This document shows positions 59,367 to 64,000 of a stretch of DNA of 64,000 bases, piece by piece. Positions within the stretch are counted from its first letter, which is position 1; every line of letters begins with the position of its first letter. Source of the DNA: Naegleria gruberi (taxonomy: Eukaryota); assembly GCA_000004985.1 (NCBI GenBank), contig GG738893.1, one strand, 5' to 3'. The notes under the pieces are model-generated. The model saw only the letters and a list, made by a program, of their open reading frames with translations, did no database searches and was not told the DNA's origin. The position numbers were made by a program, and so were the translations under genes.

Positions 59367-60806
59367 TTAAATTGAACATTTTCTTGAAATGACATGAGTT
59401 TGACATGTTGAAACAATTTTTGAAATCCAATTATTAACTCTCTCCTTATTATTACCCCAATCAGAATAACCATATTTACACCTACTATAAATAGCAATTG
59501 TACTTTTTTGAATTGAAGATTGAACTGATAATAATTGAATTGTAATATAATCAGGATATTCTTGAAATTTTGTTTTTTGTAAAAAAGTAAATAAATTAAT
59601 ATCATCATTTCTGCATAACATTTCAACACCTTCCTCATATGGTAATACTTCTGATAATAAAATTTCTTTTAATTCTAAAATGGAAATACTATTAAAAATA
59701 GGTGAAAATTGTTCTCTAATTGGAACATTACATTGAAATAATTGTACAGTATTATTTGATTGTTGGACAATAAATGAATCTATATTTGGATAAATTAAAT
59801 ACCAATTTGGTGAATTTGTTACTTTTAATTCATTAAAATGTAAAATATTAAAATTAGAAAATTGATAAAATAATAAATTAACATTTTTAAAACAATGTTC
59901 TTTACAAACATGATTAAATTTTCCAATGGTTAATAAAAATTGACCTAAATGTAATGCTAATTTAGCAATTGGAATATCATTTAAATTACTAAATTTGGAA
60001 AGTAATATTTCTTGTAAAAGTAAAAATGCTTCCTGCCCATCGAAACATTGTTCAAATACATAATTTTTACAAGTCTTATTTTGTAATTTAATTCCTTGTT
60101 TAAAATATTGATAAATATTTTCTACATCTTGATTTGAAAATTTTTTAAAAATTACATTATTACTTATATAGTCATTTCCAAATTCATGAATAAATTTATA
60201 ATCACTATTTGGACATCTTTGTAATAATATTGATTGTTCAGTACATTGTAATTTACTATATTTATGTGGACTTGAATTTCCAATTATGGAATTATTATTT
60301 ATATTATTATTAGAATTATTAATAGGAGTCATACAGGATTGACAAGATTGATTATTTTGAGATTGTACAAGTTGTGAAAGAGAAGGAAAAGCATTTGGAT
60401 CACTTAATATAGTATTTAGTGTTGGATTATTAGAAATTAAATTTCCATTATTAGTAATTGTATTATTATTATTAGATTGTTTCAAATAAGATTGATGATA
60501 CTGTTGTTGTTGTTGCTGAGATTGAAATTGATTACCAATCAATGCATAATATCCACTATTATTACAACAAGTATTTTCAGAATTATTACTACTTGTGGAT
60601 GTTCCACCAGTAGTACTTGAAATATTACTACCACTACTATTACTAATATTACAATTATTGTTAGGAGTACCACCAGTACTAGATAACATTAATTGTTGTT
60701 GCTGTTGTTGTTGTTGATGTAAATAGATTTGTTGTTGCTGTTGTTGTTGTTGAGTAAGCATAATAGGTTGATTCTTTTTGAGTTGGTAAAATGTCTGAAT
60801 TGACAC
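59367..60806 (-). CDS. DEP-domain protein with a poly-Q/N-rich N-terminus, 479 aa.
   Basis: DEP-like segment FSNQDVENIYQYFKQGIKLQNKTCKNYVFEQCFDGQEAFLLLQEIL. The N-terminal third is Q8/N-rich low complexity. Confidence 0.5.
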   Translation of the reverse strand: MSIQTFYQLKKNQPIMLTQQQQQQQQIYLHQQQQQQQQLMLSSTGGTPNNNCNISNSSGSNISSTTGGTSTSSNNSENTCCNNSGYYALIGNQFQSQQQQQQYHQSYLKQSNNNNTITNNGNLISNNPTLNTILSDPNAFPSLSQLVQSQNNQSCQSCMTPINNSNNNINNNSIIGNSSPHKYSKLQCTEQSILLQRCPNSDYKFIHEFGNDYISNNVIFKKFSNQDVENIYQYFKQGIKLQNKTCKNYVFEQCFDGQEAFLLLQEILLSKFSNLNDIPIAKLALHLGQFLLTIGKFNHVCKEHCFKNVNLLFYQFSNFNILHFNELKVTNSPNWYLIYPNIDSFIVQQSNNTVQLFQCNVPIREQFSPIFNSISILELKEILLSEVLPYEEGVEMLCRNDDINLFTFLQKTKFQEYPDYITIQLLSVQSSIQKSTIAIYSRCKYGYSDWGNNKERVNNWISKIVSTCQTHVISRKCSI

Positions 60807-61225
60807 ATGAGAGAGTGTAATGCGGTCAAATTTAATGTTTTGGAGGAGGAATTACTTAACGAATCGCCGATTAATATTATATTGGATTTGTTGTCACAGC
60901 TGTGGTATTGATGATAGAGTTCAAATATTTGGATATTTCAATCCTTTCGTCGGGAATATAACCTTATTACAACTCTTTTTATTGTTGACTATGTCTTTCG
61001 TTGTGATGATGATACTTAATGAGGGAGGAGGAGATACAGAGGTGGTAGTGGTGATAATCGAATGGTTAAATGAGTTCAGAGTTTGTGTGGACATGATCAA
61101 AACCTTAATCGGCGATCATCAAAAGGCGAAAAACATGTTGATGATTTAAACATTCTCCACTACCTCCTTCTTCTTTCCAATAAATTTATTTTCCAATATA
61201 AATGTAATAACACAGACATTAAATC

Positions 61226-61546
61226 TTATTCTTCATCATTGGAAATGGATGGAACTCTTGGAGTCTTTTTAATGATAACTTTTGGTATTTGTTTCTTTTC
61301 CATTCCAAGTAATTCTCTAACAATTTTAAATCTAATTAAAAAGTAATGAAGTAAAATGTACCATCCTCCAACAATAACTACTAATGATGCTAATAACATG
61401 AATAATCTATATAATATTGGATGATTATTTGTATCATTTTGTTCCGATGGTGATGGCGTTGAACCCATAACAACATTCATTATCATCACCAACATCATTA
61501 TAAATACTAATATTTGTGATGTTCCTTTCAAGAATAGTTTGATCAT
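61226..61546 (-). CDS. Small two-TM membrane protein of 106 aa (hypothetical).
   Basis: Two hydrophobic helices (ILVFIMMLVMIMNVVMG and LFMLLASLVVIVGGWYILL) followed by a basic tail. Confidence 0.3.
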   Translation of the reverse strand: MIKLFLKGTSQILVFIMMLVMIMNVVMGSTPSPSEQNDTNNHPILYRLFMLLASLVVIVGGWYILLHYFLIRFKIVRELLGMEKKQIPKVIIKKTPRVPSISNDEE

Positions 61547-61726
61547 TTTTTTAAAGGCTTTGAACGTGTTGCTTTGATTGTTGGTGAAGACTTGTCATTG
61601 GAATTGCACGTTTTTAGAATAACAGTAACAATACAAAAAATTAATAATTTATAATTAGATTAGGTTTTTTCATACTCATTCAAAGTATGATATTTACATT
61701 GATTAGAGAGAGAGAGAGGGATTTTG

Positions 61727-62025
61727 TTATTTTTGTTCTTTTGCTTGTTTGGCAGCAATCTTTTGTTGGAGTTTTTGGGCATCTCTTTCTTTACGTTGGA
61801 GAGGAGTTAAACCATCTTCATCTCTTCCCTTTTCCTTTTGTTTTCTGGATTGAGCACGTTGACGGTCAATATCACGTTGATTACCACCTTTAAATTTTAA
61901 TTACCATTTGATGATCATGTTGATGTTATATATTTGTTGTTAGTATCGATAAGTTGTTGTTGTGTTGGTAAGTTGTGTTATGAATGTCGGTATTGTGGTG
62001 CATGAACTCGAAACTTACGAGACAT
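61727..62025 (-). CDS. SERF: SERF/4F5-family small EDRK-rich protein, 56 aa. Two exons, 62025..62019 (ATGTCTC) and 61887..61727, with a 131-nt intron.
   Basis: The spliced product is MSRGNQRDIDRQRAQSRKQKEKGRDEDGLTPLQRKERDAQKLQQKIAAKQAKEQK, matching the SERF N-terminal MxRGNQR(D/E)LxRQ consensus. The donor is GTAAGT directly after ATGTCTC and the acceptor is TTTAAAG. Confidence 0.65.
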
Positions 62026-62192
62026 GATGAGTGAGGTGTTGTTGTTTTATTTTTTATTAAATTTATTTCCATTACAAAAAGGCTGACGAACTACAATCGC
62101 ACTTGGTAATCATTTCTCAAACGAGACCTGTAAATTCATCAATCTTGTTTAGGGTAAAGGTACTAATTCATGAATTCTTTGAATATGAAAAT

Positions 62193-63991
62193 TTATTTTT
62201 GATAAATTAAAGTTCTAATAGTACGTGGTGGAACATCAATTTGAGCATGATATAAATGATTATCCTGATCAATTAAATTGAAAGATAAAATACTTTCTTG
62301 TTGATTTTGAACAATGGTAATAATCTTATTATCAGGTGTTTGGAATGAAGTAATTAAAGTTTGATCATTTACAGGTCTAAACATGTGAATTCTCTTTGAA
62401 TCTTGTGTTAAATATTTAGAGAAATGACCCATAAAATAATAAGTTGGTTGAATGTGAATTTCCTGAGTTCTATTATCAGCAATAATAGGAGCATCACACC
62501 AATTTTGTAAATGATTTGGACCACCTTGCCAATCTAAAATACAATTCCAATCAGTCCATCCACTTGCATAATTATTTAAATCATTAATAATATCAAATCC
62601 ATATTTTTCACCACGTGTCCAATTACCCAATGAAACACCAGGTCCCCAACATGCTTCAGTTGCTAATAAGAATTTTTCTTTATCAACTTGATGAGCACGT
62701 GATAGATTTTCATATTCACCATCAACATACCAATGGAATGCCATACCATCTACATATTTACTTGCTTCTGGATCTGAATAAATTGTTGATGCCCATTTTT
62801 CAACAGAATCTCTATTATGATCAAATATCATGATTTTCAAATTTGGATGATCTCTTCTCATTCTAGGTCCTAAATGATTTTTAATAAAATCTCTTTGATA
62901 TTCAGGTGTATAACAACAAGCATCCCATGGTCTATTTTTAATAAATATATTATTGAAAATTAAATATTATTGTAATTGAATATTATTAAATATTTAATAA
63001 ATATATTATTGTAATTAAATATTATTAAATATTATAAAAAAAATACATACGCAGCAAATTCAGGTTCATTTTGAATAGTTAAACCCCAAATTCTATCAAT
63101 ACCTTCATTTTGATAGGCAGTAACAAATTTAGAAAAGTGCAATGCCCATGAATCTAAAATATTTGTAGCATTAATTAAACCATTTGGTTGATTTGAACCA
63201 TTCATTTCATGATTATATTTCATCCTATATATATATTTATTTTAATATATTAAAATAATTAAATAAATAAATAAAATATTAAAATAAATAAATTAAATAA
63301 AATATTAAAATATTAAATATTAAATAAATATTGAAACATACCAAGCAGGTGGAGACCAAGGTGATAAAAATATTTTAAAAGATTCACCATTTTTAGGATA
63401 ATTTAATTTAACTTGATTTAAAACTCTTTTAATTAAAGGTAAAGTAAATATTTTATCTCTTCTAATATTAAAATTAGTTAATTGATAATCATTTTCAACA
63501 TCATCACAACTATAATTATCTAAACTAAAATCACATGAATTCATATGAATTCTAGCAGTAGTATAATTTAATCCTTTAGAAGTCCAATATAAACTTAGAA
63601 TTTCATTTCTAATTTGTTCATTCATTGTTGCAAATGTAAATGCAGAGGCTTCAGTTAAAGCACAACCAAATCCAATAATTGATTGATATTTAATAGATGA
63701 ATCTAATTTAAATGTTTTTAAATTTGGTTTAATATTACTATTAGGAATCCATTGAATTGGTTGATTTAATAATTTTAATCTATCACCTGTATATAATGAT
63801 GATTGTACAACTGAAATACTTGAAATTATTTTACCATTCATATTAATACTATTAATTTTATTATTATTATTATTAATAGTAATACTACTATGAATAGTAC
63901 TAATTAAATAACTCAACACTACTAATAAAACAATCATCACATTCTTAGAATGAAGATGAAGTTTGTTACCATGTTGTGGTTGTTGTTGCAT
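62193..63991 (-). CDS. Glycoside hydrolase family 30 (glucosylceramidase-like) protein, secreted, with at least 3 exons. Introns lie at about 63224..63330 and 62935..63050.
   Basis: Signal peptide with N-rich linker, then GFGCALTEASAF, LSPWSPPAWY and TIQNEPEF (the NEP acid/base motif). The C-terminal beta-sandwich region is present. The introns are almost pure A/T with GTATGT/GTAAGT-type donors. Confidence 0.7.
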
Positions 63992-64000
63992 TTTTTAAAA

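Noticed and set aside
61687-61893. Plus-strand 68-aa ORF MIFTLIRERERDF....
   Set aside because: It is antisense to exon 2 of the SERF gene, whose spliced product has a clear family signature. The plus-strand ORF has none.

Overview
This window is eukaryotic nuclear DNA from an AT-rich, gene-dense unicellular eukaryote. The taxon cannot be assigned from sequence alone. Codon usage (AGA/GGT/CCA/TTA), poly-N and poly-Q tracts, and short GTAAGT...AG spliceosomal introns (mostly 37-80 nt, up to about 300 nt) resemble amoebozoan, heterolobosean or early fungal genomes. It is not a prokaryotic locus. There are no operons, CRISPR arrays or phage modules, so no prokaryote-style defence system can be supported. 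Most long ORFs in the six-frame track are whole genes or large exons, about one gene per 2-2.5 kb.

Confidently recognisable genes:
- CDC48/p97 AAA-ATPase.
- EFL1/Ria1-type EF-2-like GTPase.
- Class I-like PI3K with an S/T-rich N-terminal extension (multi-exon).
- UDP-glucose pyrophosphorylase (2 exons, 37-nt intron).
- Pyroglutamyl-peptidase I.
- NudC-like CS-domain protein.
- GH30 glucosylceramidase-like glycosidase.
- CMGC Ser/Thr kinase (multi-exon).
- IQ+DH(+PH) RhoGEF that spans an assembly gap (353 N).
- OSCA/TMEM63/CSC1-like channel.
- CCX/NCKX-type cation/Ca exchanger.
- 7TM-RGS protein.
- F-box/LRR protein.
- PPR-like mitochondrial proteins (two).
- DEP-domain protein.
- tRNA-Leu(CAA).

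Three small multi-exon genes are invisible to the ORF track:
- an SSNA1/DIP13 homolog;
- a SERF/4F5 micro-protein with a 7-nt first exon;
- a 73-aa protein.

Observations most worth a second look:
- an intronless AbiEii/DUF1814-type nucleotidyltransferase (bacterial type IV toxin family) sitting alone in this eukaryote, next to a 1-kb gene-free region with G-rich repeated motifs;
- a highly codon-biased secreted Lys/Cys-rich repeat protein;
- a nested inverted/direct repeat module just upstream of a gene;
- a sharp drop in GC content at about 50.6 kb (roughly 35% to roughly 20% GC);
- several apparent frameshifts located in microsatellite or homopolymer tracts (draft-assembly errors or real pseudogenisation);
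- an F-box-like module joined to a degenerate Ras-like GTPase domain.
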